NCBI GenBank assembly: GCA_964408805.1
Contig: CAYPAV010000022.1
Location: 17,227 to 81,226 of the forward strand
Direction of reading: 5' to 3'
Origin: an uncultured Rhodospirillaceae bacterium
GTDB taxonomy: Bacteria; Pseudomonadota; Alphaproteobacteria; UBA8366
DNA: 64,000 nucleotides
This document shows, one piece after another, positions 1-9,309 of the stretch (position 1 is the stretch's first letter; every line of letters starts with the position of its first letter). Position numbers and translations under genes: made by a program. Below the pieces are notes generated by a model. The model was not told the DNA's origin. It saw only the letters and a list, made by a program, of their open reading frames with translations, and ran no database searches.

Positions 1-336
1 GGCCGGAAGATGGACCCCGACCATATGGGCGTCGGTTTCGGCATTCGTTTCGGCAACTGGGACGAACCCATCGTCGCCAAGACGGCGGAAGCCCTCAAGA
101 AACGCACCAAGCGCGACCCGAAACAGGGCATGGCGGTCGGCGGAGCCGACGAGATCCTGAAGATGATGGGGTCCTTCATTCCCCAGGGCATCGCCAAGTT
201 CATCCTACGTCCGATCGGCGACGGCGATGCGGAGATGATCGAGCAGACCGAGAAGATCATCGCCGAGATCCTGCCCGAGGTAAGCCGCCTCAATGAACGC
301 CGCAAGGCCGGCGAATGGGGTACGGCGGCGGCCTGA
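1..336 (+). CDS. LLM-class flavin-dependent oxidoreductase, C-terminal part (starts before the window)
   Basis: Open frame from the window edge; tail resembles the end of a luciferase-like TIM barrel (AVGGADEI...GIAKFILRP); convergent with another LLM gene. Confidence 0.55.
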   Translation, partial: GRKMDPDHMGVGFGIRFGNWDEPIVAKTAEALKKRTKRDPKQGMAVGGADEILKMMGSFIPQGIAKFILRPIGDGDAEMIEQTEKIIAEILPEVSRLNERRKAGEWGTAAA

Positions 337-348
337 GCCGGTATCCTG

Positions 349-1401
349 TCAGTCGCTCCGCGGCGGGTTTAGCCGGGCGCATTCGGCCATCAGGTCGACG
401 CCCGCATCCGTCTTGGTCGAGACCGTAAGACTATCCGCGCCCGACTCGTCCCACGCCTTGTAGCGCTGTTTGATGCGCGCGGGCGGCCCCATCAGCGAGC
501 GCGAATCGACCCATTCGTCCGGCACCGCAGCCGCCGCCTCGTCCTTGTGGCCGGCCAGGTAGAGTTCCTGGATACGGTCGGCCGCGTCCTTGTAGCCGCG
601 CCGGATCAGCATGTCCTTGTGGAAGTTCGTGTCCTTGTGACCCATGCCGCCGATATAGAGGGCTTCGCGCGGTTTCAGCCGGTCGAGGGCGGCCTGCACG
701 TCGTCGTCGATGTCGACGAAGACGCGGGTCTGAATCTCGAAATTATCCCAGCCCTTGCCGTTGCCGGCGCGTTTGAAGCCTTCCTCGATCCAGGGTTTGT
801 ACTCGTCGAGCGTGCCTGGAATGAACCCGAGCGGCAGCCAGCCGTCGGCGATCTCGCCCGTCAGCCGGACCGACTGTTCCTTGCCGGAGCCGATGAAGAT
901 CGGGATATCCGGATTCATGTGGAGGATCGAGCGGAGGGGCTTTCCGACGCCGAGCGCGCCTTCCCCTTCATAGGGCAGTTTGATCTGTTTGCCGTCATGC
1001 GTGAGGCCTTCCTCGCGGGCCCAGACCTTCCGCATGATGGCGACGTAGTCCTTCAGCCAATAATACGGACTGCCCCAGGGCTCGCCGTACCAGCCCTCGA
1101 CGATCTGCGGACCGGAGACGCCAAGCCCCGCGATGAACCGGCCGCCGCCAGCCAGCGCATCGACGGTGCCTGCGCACATCGCGGCATTAGCGGGTGTTCG
1201 GGCCGAAACCTGGATGATCCCGGTGCCGAGCTTGATCCGCTCGGTCACGGCCGCCAGATAGGCAAGCGGCGTGATCGCATCCGAGCCGTAGGCCTCCGCC
1301 GTCCAAACCGAATCGTAGCCGAGCTTCTCCGCCCGCTTCACGCGTTCGACCGGCAAGTCCATGGTGGCGCCGGAATAGCCGATCGACAGTCCGAGTTTCA
1401 T
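349..1401 (-). CDS. LLM-class (probably F420-dependent) oxidoreductase
   Basis: Motifs GYDSVWTAEAYGSDA, LGTGIIQVSARTP, GRFIAGLGVSGPQIVEGWYG, GEIADGWLP. Confidence 0.85.
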   Translation of the reverse strand: MKLGLSIGYSGATMDLPVERVKRAEKLGYDSVWTAEAYGSDAITPLAYLAAVTERIKLGTGIIQVSARTPANAAMCAGTVDALAGGGRFIAGLGVSGPQIVEGWYGEPWGSPYYWLKDYVAIMRKVWAREEGLTHDGKQIKLPYEGEGALGVGKPLRSILHMNPDIPIFIGSGKEQSVRLTGEIADGWLPLGFIPGTLDEYKPWIEEGFKRAGNGKGWDNFEIQTRVFVDIDDDVQAALDRLKPREALYIGGMGHKDTNFHKDMLIRRGYKDAADRIQELYLAGHKDEAAAAVPDEWVDSRSLMGPPARIKQRYKAWDESGADSLTVSTKTDAGVDLMAECARLNPPRSD

Positions 1402-1433
1402 AAGCCGTCCTCCGAGAGAGGGCCGGACGACCC

Positions 1434-1856
1434 CTAGGGGTCGATCCGGGCCGTGGCGGTGCCGGTGATCACGGTCTTGCCGTCCTGATTGACCGTCTCC
1501 AGGATCAGGTCGACGACCGAATCACCATCCTCTTCGCGGATCGCCGAGATGGTCGATTTCGCGGTCAGGGTATCGCCGGGCCAAACCTGGTTGGTGAAGC
1601 GCACACCGTATTTCTTCAGCCGGCCGTCGCCGACGTAGTTCGTCAGCATCGTGCCGGTGAGCCCCATCGACAGCATGCCGTGGGCGAAGACGCCGGGATA
1701 GCCGGCCACTTCCCTGGAATAGAGGTCGTCGCTGTGAAGCGGGTTGTAGTCGCCCGACGCACCGGAATACATCACCAGTTGGGTCCGGGTCAGGTCGTCG
1801 ACCACGACTTCCTCGTGGGTGTCGCCGACGCTTAGATTCGCGGCCTTGAGTGCCAT
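1434..1856 (-). CDS. MaoC-family (R)-hydratase/dehydratase
   Basis: Hydratase motif YSGASGDYNPLH..AHGMLSMG; ATG at 1856 with GGAGG upstream; the track's upstream extension overlaps the next gene. Confidence 0.85.
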   Translation of the reverse strand: MALKAANLSVGDTHEEVVVDDLTRTQLVMYSGASGDYNPLHSDDLYSREVAGYPGVFAHGMLSMGLTGTMLTNYVGDGRLKKYGVRFTNQVWPGDTLTAKSTISAIREEDGDSVVDLILETVNQDGKTVITGTATARIDP

Positions 1857-1870
1857 CGTCTTGTCCTCCC

Positions 1871-2356
1871 TCAACTCTGCTCGACCGGGCGTTCGGTCTT
1901 GACGCCGACACCGATCGAGGTGATGACCAATTCGCCGTTCTGGTCGCGGTATTCCTGGACGCGTTCCGTGAACATCAGCTTGCCCGCGCGCTTGCTCTGC
2001 TTCTCCCAGGTCTTGCCGTCGAAACTGGTCACGGTCAGCACGTCGCCCGGCTTCAGGTGGCGGTGATACTCGAAATGCTGCTCCGCATGGAGCCCGCCGG
2101 TCGAGGCCGCCGGCTCGTCGAGGCCGGTCGGGTTCTTGCCGGAGCCGAACCACTTCTCTCCCGGCTTGACCCTGAGGTGATAGTCGGGGTCGAACTGGGC
2201 CACGGCGCGGGGGAAGGTCGGGGGTGCTATGATGTGTCCCACCTCGGTCTTCTTCGCCGCCTCTTCATCATGATAGATCGGGTTCGGGTCGCCGACCGAG
2301 CGTGCGAACATCATGATATGGGTCGCCTCAACCGGCATCTTGATATCGTCGGCCAT
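1871..2356 (-). CDS. MaoC/FAS1-like dehydratase, N-terminal hot-dog subunit
   Basis: FARSVGDPNPIYHD..IAPPTF..GLHAEQHFEYHR; ATG at 2356 after AAGGAGAG. Confidence 0.8.
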   Translation of the reverse strand: MADDIKMPVEATHIMMFARSVGDPNPIYHDEEAAKKTEVGHIIAPPTFPRAVAQFDPDYHLRVKPGEKWFGSGKNPTGLDEPAASTGGLHAEQHFEYHRHLKPGDVLTVTSFDGKTWEKQSKRAGKLMFTERVQEYRDQNGELVITSIGVGVKTERPVEQS

Positions 2357-2430
2357 GGGTCTCTCTCCTTCGAATGTCTTCAAAAATTCTCGGCTAGAAC
2401 AGAAGTGTGATCCGGGCGGGCGCGGTCAAG

Positions 2431-3645
2431 TTAATCGGCCGCCGCATTTGTCGGCGCGAGGCCGGGGCCTTCGATGACGCCCTTTCCGGCGAGTTCGGCG
2501 ATCCGCTCGGCGGAATAGCCATGGGCCTCGAGGATGGCCGACGTGTGCTGGCCGAGTGCCGGCGTCGTGCCCCGCGGCGTGCCGCTGATCGGCGGCGGCG
2601 CACCCGCGGCGAGCGGCATCGGAACGGGAGTCGGTATTTTCGGATGGTCGATCCAGGTAACGGTTTCGTCGGCTTTGGCCTGAGGATGCGCAAGAAACCC
2701 CGCGTAATCGTTCAATATTTCGTTCGTGATGTCAGCCTCGGTCAGGCGGGCGCTCATCGTAACCGACGTTTCTTGTGCCATGGCCGCCGAGACATCGTCG
2801 TTCAGCGCGGCGACGTTTGCTGCGCGGCGAGCCAGGTCCGTATAACGCGGGTCTTCGGCCATATCGGGTCGTCCGATCGCTTGGCAGAAGGCGGCAAACA
2901 GCTCGTTCTTTTGCACGACCAGCGTGATCCAGCCGTCCTTTGTAGGGTAGACACCGTGGGGCAAACTGCCGGGCATCATCTCGCCGCCCTCGAGGGTGTT
3001 GGCCATGACGCGAATGGATTGTATCGCGGCACCCGCGCGCATCAGGCTGCTGTCGATATGGCGGCCTCTCGGATCGTCGCGCTTGGCGTAGAGCGCCGCC
3101 GACACCGCGTGGAAGGAGTAGAGCGCGGTCGCCATGTCGACGGGAATGAACACGATGCGGTGTGGAACGCCATCCTCGCCCTTGTTCGAATCCATCATGC
3201 CCGTCAGCGCCTGGAGTGCCGGGTCAAGCGCCGGGTGGGCGGCGAGCGGCCCTTGTTGCCCGAAGCCCGAGACCGAAAGGTAGATCACGCCCGGATTGCG
3301 CTTGGCCACGGCCTTGTAGTCAAAGCCGAGGCGCGCCATGACGCCGGGCCGGAATCCCTCCATGAGCACGTCGGCCTCCGCGACCAGGTCCCAAAGGACG
3401 GTGCGGCCGGCCTCATCCTTCAGGTCGAGGGCGATGCTTTTCTTGCCCAGATTGCCGGCGATCGTATAGGCGGTGACATCGCCATAGGCGGTGCCGAGCC
3501 CGCGCGACCAGTCGCCGCCGCCGGTTGGTTCGACCTTGATCACGTTGGCACCTTGTTGTGCCAGCAACATGCCGCAATAGGGGCCGGCAATGCCCTGGCT
3601 CAAATCGACGACCTTCACGCCTTCATAGGGCGCCTCGTAACTCAT
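2431..3645 (-). CDS. CaiB/BaiF family III CoA transferase
   Basis: GVKVVDLSQGIAGPYCG, GANVIKVEP, GKKSIALDLK, EGFRPG, PALGQHT. Confidence 0.9.
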   Translation of the reverse strand: MSYEAPYEGVKVVDLSQGIAGPYCGMLLAQQGANVIKVEPTGGGDWSRGLGTAYGDVTAYTIAGNLGKKSIALDLKDEAGRTVLWDLVAEADVLMEGFRPGVMARLGFDYKAVAKRNPGVIYLSVSGFGQQGPLAAHPALDPALQALTGMMDSNKGEDGVPHRIVFIPVDMATALYSFHAVSAALYAKRDDPRGRHIDSSLMRAGAAIQSIRVMANTLEGGEMMPGSLPHGVYPTKDGWITLVVQKNELFAAFCQAIGRPDMAEDPRYTDLARRAANVAALNDDVSAAMAQETSVTMSARLTEADITNEILNDYAGFLAHPQAKADETVTWIDHPKIPTPVPMPLAAGAPPPISGTPRGTTPALGQHTSAILEAHGYSAERIAELAGKGVIEGPGLAPTNAAAD

Positions 3646-3784
3646 CTCTCTTCTCCGCTTGGCTTCGAATAGGATATGGCGTGAAATTCGGCCTCGTCGA
3701 AACCACTTTCGGCGACTTGATTGATGTATCGGCGCGGCCCATCTATCTCCGACATGTTTGCCTTGCGGCGCTTAGGAGAGTTTC

Positions 3785-4285
3785 TTGCCCGACAGTTCCG
3801 AAATTCCGGTCCCCCTGGCCCTTCACACCGAAGTCGTCCGCCCCGAATGGATCGACCATAACGGCCATATGAACGTCGCCTACTATCTGATGGCCTTCGA
3901 CGAGGCCTCCGGCGAACTGTTGAACTATATCGGTCTCGACGACGCTTATAAGAAGGCCACCAACACAGCTACTTTCGTCGGCGACTTTCATATCCATTAC
4001 GTCGGCGAATTGCTGGAAGGCGATCCGCTCCGCTTTACCCAGCGGATCATCGCCTGCGACGAGAAGCGGGTTCATTTCTGGCAGGAGATGTATCACGCCG
4101 AGAAGGGCTATCTCGCCGCCGAGGCGGAAGCCGTGACGCTTCACATCGACATGTCGGTCCGGCGCGTCGCACCCATGGCGCCGAATGTGTTCGAGTGGGT
4201 CAATGCGGTCCGGGCGGCGCACGCGATCCTGCCGCTGCCGGAGCGCTTGGGACGCGTCCTTGGGGTTCCGTCTAATTCGGGCTAG
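3785..4285 (+). CDS. Hot-dog acyl-CoA thioesterase (resembles betainyl-CoA thioesterases)
   Basis: VRPEWIDHNGHMNVAYYL motif; divergent from the CoA transferase. Confidence 0.75.
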   Translation: MPDSSEIPVPLALHTEVVRPEWIDHNGHMNVAYYLMAFDEASGELLNYIGLDDAYKKATNTATFVGDFHIHYVGELLEGDPLRFTQRIIACDEKRVHFWQEMYHAEKGYLAAEAEAVTLHIDMSVRRVAPMAPNVFEWVNAVRAAHAILPLPERLGRVLGVPSNSG

Positions 4286-4710
4286 GCGGGCGCATCGGTC
4301 GCGAAGACGCGGTCTTTCGGTTGGGATTTGAACTCGACGACGTTTCCGCAGCCGTCGCGCAATTGCATGATCCGCTGCTCGGCCGGCTTGCCCTCGAAGG
4401 AGACGCGCGGCGAGAGCACCCAGTCAGTGCCTTGATCGTCGAGGCGATCCGCCATTGCCTCCCAATCGTCGAGCGGGATGATCACGCCGAAATGACGCAG
4501 TGGCGAGATGGCACCATCCGACGGGATAACCCCGCCGTCATCGCCCGCCAGCTTCGGCGACAAATGCGCCACCACGTGATGTCCGAAGAAATTGATATCG
4601 AACCGCCCCTTCGTCTGCCGGCCGACGCCGCAGCCTAGCGTTTCGACATAGAACGCCTTCGCGCGTTCCAGGTCGTCAACCGGAATGGAGAGGTGAAACA
4701 ACGGTGCCAT
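4282..4710 (-). CDS. VOC/glyoxalase family protein
   Basis: FHLSIPVDDLERAKAFY..FFGHHVVAH..HFGVI..DGCGNVVEFK; ATG at 4710. Confidence 0.85.
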   Translation of the reverse strand: MAPLFHLSIPVDDLERAKAFYVETLGCGVGRQTKGRFDINFFGHHVVAHLSPKLAGDDGGVIPSDGAISPLRHFGVIIPLDDWEAMADRLDDQGTDWVLSPRVSFEGKPAEQRIMQLRDGCGNVVEFKSQPKDRVFATDAPA

Positions 4711-4800
4711 CTTGCGAACGCTCCTTAAGCGGCTATCTATACAAACCGTTTTATCGAACGACCTTCCTGTTGCAAGGCAATTCATTGAAAGAGATAGAAG

Positions 4801-5781
4801 ATGAGCGAGACCGGGCGAAAAAAGGTTCTGCTGAACGGCGATATCCATCCAAGCGCGATGGCGATTCTGGAAGCGCGGGACGACATCGAAATCGAGCATC
4901 TGCCGATCGAACGAGAAGCGGAAATGCCGGACAAGATCAAGGGCGCCAACGCGGTCCTGGCGCGCTCCTGCGCGGTCTCCGCCGAGATGATCGCCTCTTC
5001 GAACGGGCTGGAAGTGGTCTCTCGTCATGGCGTCGGCTATGACAAGGTCGCGGTCGACTCGCTTACCGCGCGGAATATTCCGTTGACCGTAACCGGCACC
5101 GCGAACACGCCTTCCGTTGCCGAGCAGACCCTGATGCTGATGCTCGCTGTTGCCAAGGGTGTCCTGAAGACCGACCAGGAAACCCGGGCAGGTAATTTCC
5201 TCGCGGCCCGCCATGCCATGGGGCGGATCGAACTATTGGAGAAGAAGGTCCTGATCATCGGCTTCGGGCGCATCGGCAAGGTCGTGACCCGGCGCTGTCA
5301 GGGCTTCGACATGGAGGTCCTGGCCTGTGACCCCTATATCGACCAGCAGCTCATCCGCGACGCGGGTACCGACCCGGTCGAGGACTTTCGGGACGTGCTG
5401 GGGGAGATCGATTACCTGACCGTACACACGCCCCTGACCGAGGAGACCCGTGGTCTCATAGGGCGCGACGAACTGGCCCGGATGAAACCGACGGCGGTGG
5501 TCGTCAATTGTGCCCGCGGCGGCATCATCGACGAGGATGCGCTTTACGAGGCGCTCCGCGACGGCGGTATTTACGGCGCGGGGATCGATGTTTTCGACGA
5601 GGAGCCGACACCGGGCAACCATCCGCTGTTCACGCTCGACAATATAGTTTGCAGTCCCCACGCGGCCGCCTCGCCGGTCGAATGCCTGGAGCGTATGGGC
5701 GTGCAGGCGGCGCAGAACATCCTCGACGTTTTCGATGGCAGGATCGCGCCGGAAATGGTGGTGAACCGCGAGATTTTGTGA
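4801..5781 (+). CDS. D-isomer-specific 2-hydroxyacid dehydrogenase (SerA-like)
   Basis: RHGVGYD, GFGRIG NAD-binding motif, NCARGG, DVFDEEP, SPHAA. Confidence 0.9.
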   Translation: MSETGRKKVLLNGDIHPSAMAILEARDDIEIEHLPIEREAEMPDKIKGANAVLARSCAVSAEMIASSNGLEVVSRHGVGYDKVAVDSLTARNIPLTVTGTANTPSVAEQTLMLMLAVAKGVLKTDQETRAGNFLAARHAMGRIELLEKKVLIIGFGRIGKVVTRRCQGFDMEVLACDPYIDQQLIRDAGTDPVEDFRDVLGEIDYLTVHTPLTEETRGLIGRDELARMKPTAVVVNCARGGIIDEDALYEALRDGGIYGAGIDVFDEEPTPGNHPLFTLDNIVCSPHAAASPVECLERMGVQAAQNILDVFDGRIAPEMVVNREIL

Positions 5782-5784
5782 ACG

Positions 5785-6522
5785 TCAGGGCCGGAACCGC
5801 CGCGGCCGCAATCCGGCCTGGACCCAGGTCAGGAAACTCACCACGTCAAAGACCGGAAGACCGAACGCGTTGTTCAGATCGCGGGCGAAGGGACCCATAT
5901 TCGCGCATTCAAGCACCAGCGCCCCAATGTCGTCGTGCTGGTCGACAAGGGTGCGGCCGGCCGCCAGGAGATCCTCCCGCGCCGCCTCGACATCGATCGA
6001 TAGCTCGTCTTCAAGCATCACCCGGGTGAATTCCCGGCCGCCCTCGGTGCCGACGACCGGCGTGTCCAAGGGTACGCCCGCGGCTTCCAGATGGGCCGGC
6101 GTTAGCGATTCGGCCGAAACCGTTATCACGCCGACCCGCTTTCCCGCCGGCAGCAGGGCTTGGACCCAGGGAACCTGCATCAGCGAGGAAGTCGCGACTG
6201 GAACGCCGGCCGCCGCTGCGATCTCTTCCTGGAAGAGCGAGAGGAAACCGCAGGTCGTGCCGATCCCATCGGCCCCAAGGGCCACCACCTCTTTCGCCGC
6301 CTCGATGAAGACGTCCTTCAAACCCGCCGCCCCGTCATGGACGACGCGGCTCGAGGTAGCACCCCCGACGACCTTATAGAGTACCGGGAACGGCCAGGTA
6401 TCGGCATTGCCGATATCGCCCAGAATGCGCGGGAATCGGGTATCCAGCATCAAAATGGCGAGGGTGGCGCCGTAAATTGATTTGCCGCCCCGGGGGGCGG
6501 AATCGTTGATCTGTTCGCTCAT
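5785..6522 (-). CDS. Aspartate/glutamate racemase family protein
   Basis: Two Cys motifs TTCGFL and LECANM; family start ILMLDTRFPR. Confidence 0.8.
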   Translation of the reverse strand: MSEQINDSAPRGGKSIYGATLAILMLDTRFPRILGDIGNADTWPFPVLYKVVGGATSSRVVHDGAAGLKDVFIEAAKEVVALGADGIGTTCGFLSLFQEEIAAAAGVPVATSSLMQVPWVQALLPAGKRVGVITVSAESLTPAHLEAAGVPLDTPVVGTEGGREFTRVMLEDELSIDVEAAREDLLAAGRTLVDQHDDIGALVLECANMGPFARDLNNAFGLPVFDVVSFLTWVQAGLRPRRFRP

Positions 6523-6644
6523 GCGGCCCGGCCTACCTCAATTCAAGGGACGCCCCGACCTTAAACCGGTCCCGGTGGCCCGGCAACGCAGGGTGACAAT
6601 TTCCGCCGATATAGGCATCATCGACGCGCTACGGGAGACGACGG

Positions 6645-8057
6645 ATGCACGAAACACGAACGATCGCCGAATGGGCGCTCGGTCTCGATCTCAACGATAT
6701 TCCGGAGACCGTGAAGGATCACGCCCGGCGGTTCATCCTCGACAATTTCGGCTGCCAGATCGCGGGCGCCACCCTGCCTTGGAGCCGGGATTACCATGAT
6801 GTGATCTGCCGCACGCGCTCGGGCCAGGGGGCGACCGTGGCCTATTACGGCAACCGCCTGTCGCCGGACGACGCGGCCTTTCTCAACAGCGCCTTCAACC
6901 ATGCCAACGAGACCGACGATACCCATCTGAAAAGCCCGACTCATCCAGGCGGGATCGCGGTGCCGGCGGCCCTCGCCATGGCGGAATATGCCAAGGCGGG
7001 CGGCGATAAGTTGCTGCTGGCGGTGATCGCGGCCTATGAAGTGCAGATCCGAATCTCTTGGGCCTGCTCGCCGCATCTGATCTATAAGGGCCATCACCCG
7101 CCTGTCGGTGTCGGTCCGTTCGGGGCCGCGATCGCGTCGTCGATTTTGATGGGGTTCGATCTTGAGACGACGATCAACGCGCTCGGGATCGCCGGCAGTC
7201 ATTCGGCGGGGTTGATCGAATACACCAAGACCGGCGGATCGGTGAAACGCATTCACAGCGCCATCCCGACACAAGCTGGCGTCCGTGCGGCCCTCTTCGC
7301 CGATATCGGGATCACCGCACCCCATACCATCATCGAGGGCGAGAAGGGCTTTTGCGCGGTTTTCGCGGGCGAGTACGATCTCAGCCGCTTGACCGACGGT
7401 CTGGGGGAGACCTGGCACATGCTCGACAACGGTATCAAGCCGTATAGCTGTTGCCATCTCATCCATGCGGCATTCGACGCGCTGGACAATATCCGCGACC
7501 GGGGACCGGTGCGGGCGGAGGATGTGACCGCCATTCGCGTCGCTACAAACAGCGAACCGATCCTCAGTCATATCGGCTCGATCACCGAGCCGGAGGATAT
7601 TCTGGGGGCGCAGTTCAGCCTGCCGTATTCGATGGCGATGCGGCTCCATCACGGCGGGCGCGGGGTCAAGGGCGGCAACGGCTTTTGGGATTACGTCGAG
7701 GTTGATGTGAAGGATCCAGTTCTCCTGGAGACGGCGCGCAAGGTCACCGTCTTCGTGGCAGAGGATGACAGCGAATGGTCCTCGGTCGACAAGGGGGCCG
7801 GGATCGAGATCGAAACCAAATCGGGCGAGACCCTTCGGGAATCGGTTACCTTCTCGCTCGGCTTGCCGGAAAACCCGCTATCGGCGGCGGAGGTGGAGGA
7901 GAAATTCCGCTATCTCGTCGATCCGGTCATGCCGGACGGCGCGCCGGCGGCGATCGTCAGTACGGTGCGCGGGATCGAGGATGTGACGGATATCGATGAA
8001 TTGGTGCGGCTTCTCGTCGTGCCGTCGGCGCCCGATGCGCGCGCGGCGGCCGAGTAG
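6645..8057 (+). CDS. MmgE/PrpD family protein
   Basis: HANETDDTH..THPG, KRIHSA, EGEKGF, KPYSCCH, AQFSLPY, GLPENPL. Confidence 0.9.
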   Translation: MHETRTIAEWALGLDLNDIPETVKDHARRFILDNFGCQIAGATLPWSRDYHDVICRTRSGQGATVAYYGNRLSPDDAAFLNSAFNHANETDDTHLKSPTHPGGIAVPAALAMAEYAKAGGDKLLLAVIAAYEVQIRISWACSPHLIYKGHHPPVGVGPFGAAIASSILMGFDLETTINALGIAGSHSAGLIEYTKTGGSVKRIHSAIPTQAGVRAALFADIGITAPHTIIEGEKGFCAVFAGEYDLSRLTDGLGETWHMLDNGIKPYSCCHLIHAAFDALDNIRDRGPVRAEDVTAIRVATNSEPILSHIGSITEPEDILGAQFSLPYSMAMRLHHGGRGVKGGNGFWDYVEVDVKDPVLLETARKVTVFVAEDDSEWSSVDKGAGIEIETKSGETLRESVTFSLGLPENPLSAAEVEEKFRYLVDPVMPDGAPAAIVSTVRGIEDVTDIDELVRLLVVPSAPDARAAAE

Positions 8058-8090
8058 GGGCCCCTGGCAAGAACATAAGGAGAGAAACAG

Positions 8091-9296
8091 ATGCGACAAT
8101 TGCGAATTCCCGCGACCTTCATGCGCGGCGGAACCAGCAACGCGATCGTCTTTCGCGCCGATGACCTCCCGGCGGACCGCGATCTCTGGCCCGAAATTTT
8201 CGCCGCCGCGATCGGCAGCCCCGATCCAAACGGCCGGCAGTTGAACGGTATGGGCGGCGGGATCTCGTCCCTCAGCAAGGTCTGCGTGGTCGGGCGTTCC
8301 GATCGCGAGGATGCCGATATCGACTACACCTTCGCCCAGGTCGTGATCCGTGAGAACAGGGTCGAGTTCACCGGCAATTGCGGCAACATGTCCTCCGCGA
8401 TGGGTCCCTTCGCACTCGACGAGGGCATTGTCGAGGCCGATGGTGGGGAAATGGGGGGCGGGAAGGCGCTGATCCGCATCTACAACACCAACACCAAAAA
8501 AATCATCCACGCCCATTTCGACATCGACGACGGCAAGGCGGCGGTGGACGGCGATTATGAACTGCCCGGCGTCGGTGGCACCGGATCGGCGCTCCGTCTC
8601 GATTTCATCGAACCCGGCGGAGCCGGCACCGGCGCTTTGCTGCCGACCGGTAATGCGGTCGACGTGCTGCAGGTTCCCAGTCTCGGCGAGGTCGAGGTCT
8701 CGATCGTCGATGCGGCCGCGACGTGCACGCTCGTCGAGGCGAAAACGGTGGGTCTTGCCGGCAACGAATTGCCGGGCGAATTAGAGGCGAACTGGAAGGC
8801 GTTGGACCTGCTTCAGGAAATTCGCGGGGCGGCGGCGGTCAAGCTCGGTTTCAAGGACAGCATTGAGGAGTCGCTAGCGGGCATCAGCAACCGTCCATCG
8901 ATTGGCTTCGTTTCGCCGGCGGCCGCATCGTCAACCTTGGCAGGGGCCGATCTCGCCGTTGGTGACGGCGACGTCACCGCGCGTCTGATCTCGATGGGCG
9001 ATCCCCACCGAGCCCTTCCCGGCACCGCATCGATGTGCCTCGCCGTCGCTTCAAAGATCGAGGGCACGCTGGTTCACCGGAACTCGAGTGCTTCGGATGG
9101 CGAGGAAATTCGCCTGATGCATCCCTCCGGCGTTCTGCACGCGGCGGCCTCGGTCTACCGGAAGGACGGCGATTGGTATGCGGAGCGCTCGAGCCTCTAC
9201 CGGACCCAGCGCCGGTTGTTCGACGGCTTCGTCTATGTGCCGGCGGCGGCGGTGCCAAACTACGTGGCCTCGCTTCGCGCGAAAGCGGCCGAATAG
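8091..9296 (+). CDS. PrpF family isomerase
   Basis: MRGGTSNA, GSPDP.GRQLNGMGGGISSLSK, GNCGNMSSA, HPSG. Confidence 0.9.
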   Translation: MRQLRIPATFMRGGTSNAIVFRADDLPADRDLWPEIFAAAIGSPDPNGRQLNGMGGGISSLSKVCVVGRSDREDADIDYTFAQVVIRENRVEFTGNCGNMSSAMGPFALDEGIVEADGGEMGGGKALIRIYNTNTKKIIHAHFDIDDGKAAVDGDYELPGVGGTGSALRLDFIEPGGAGTGALLPTGNAVDVLQVPSLGEVEVSIVDAAATCTLVEAKTVGLAGNELPGELEANWKALDLLQEIRGAAAVKLGFKDSIEESLAGISNRPSIGFVSPAAASSTLAGADLAVGDGDVTARLISMGDPHRALPGTASMCLAVASKIEGTLVHRNSSASDGEEIRLMHPSGVLHAAASVYRKDGDWYAERSSLYRTQRRLFDGFVYVPAAAVPNYVASLRAKAAE

Positions 9297-9309
9297 ACGG
9301 GAGTCCGGC

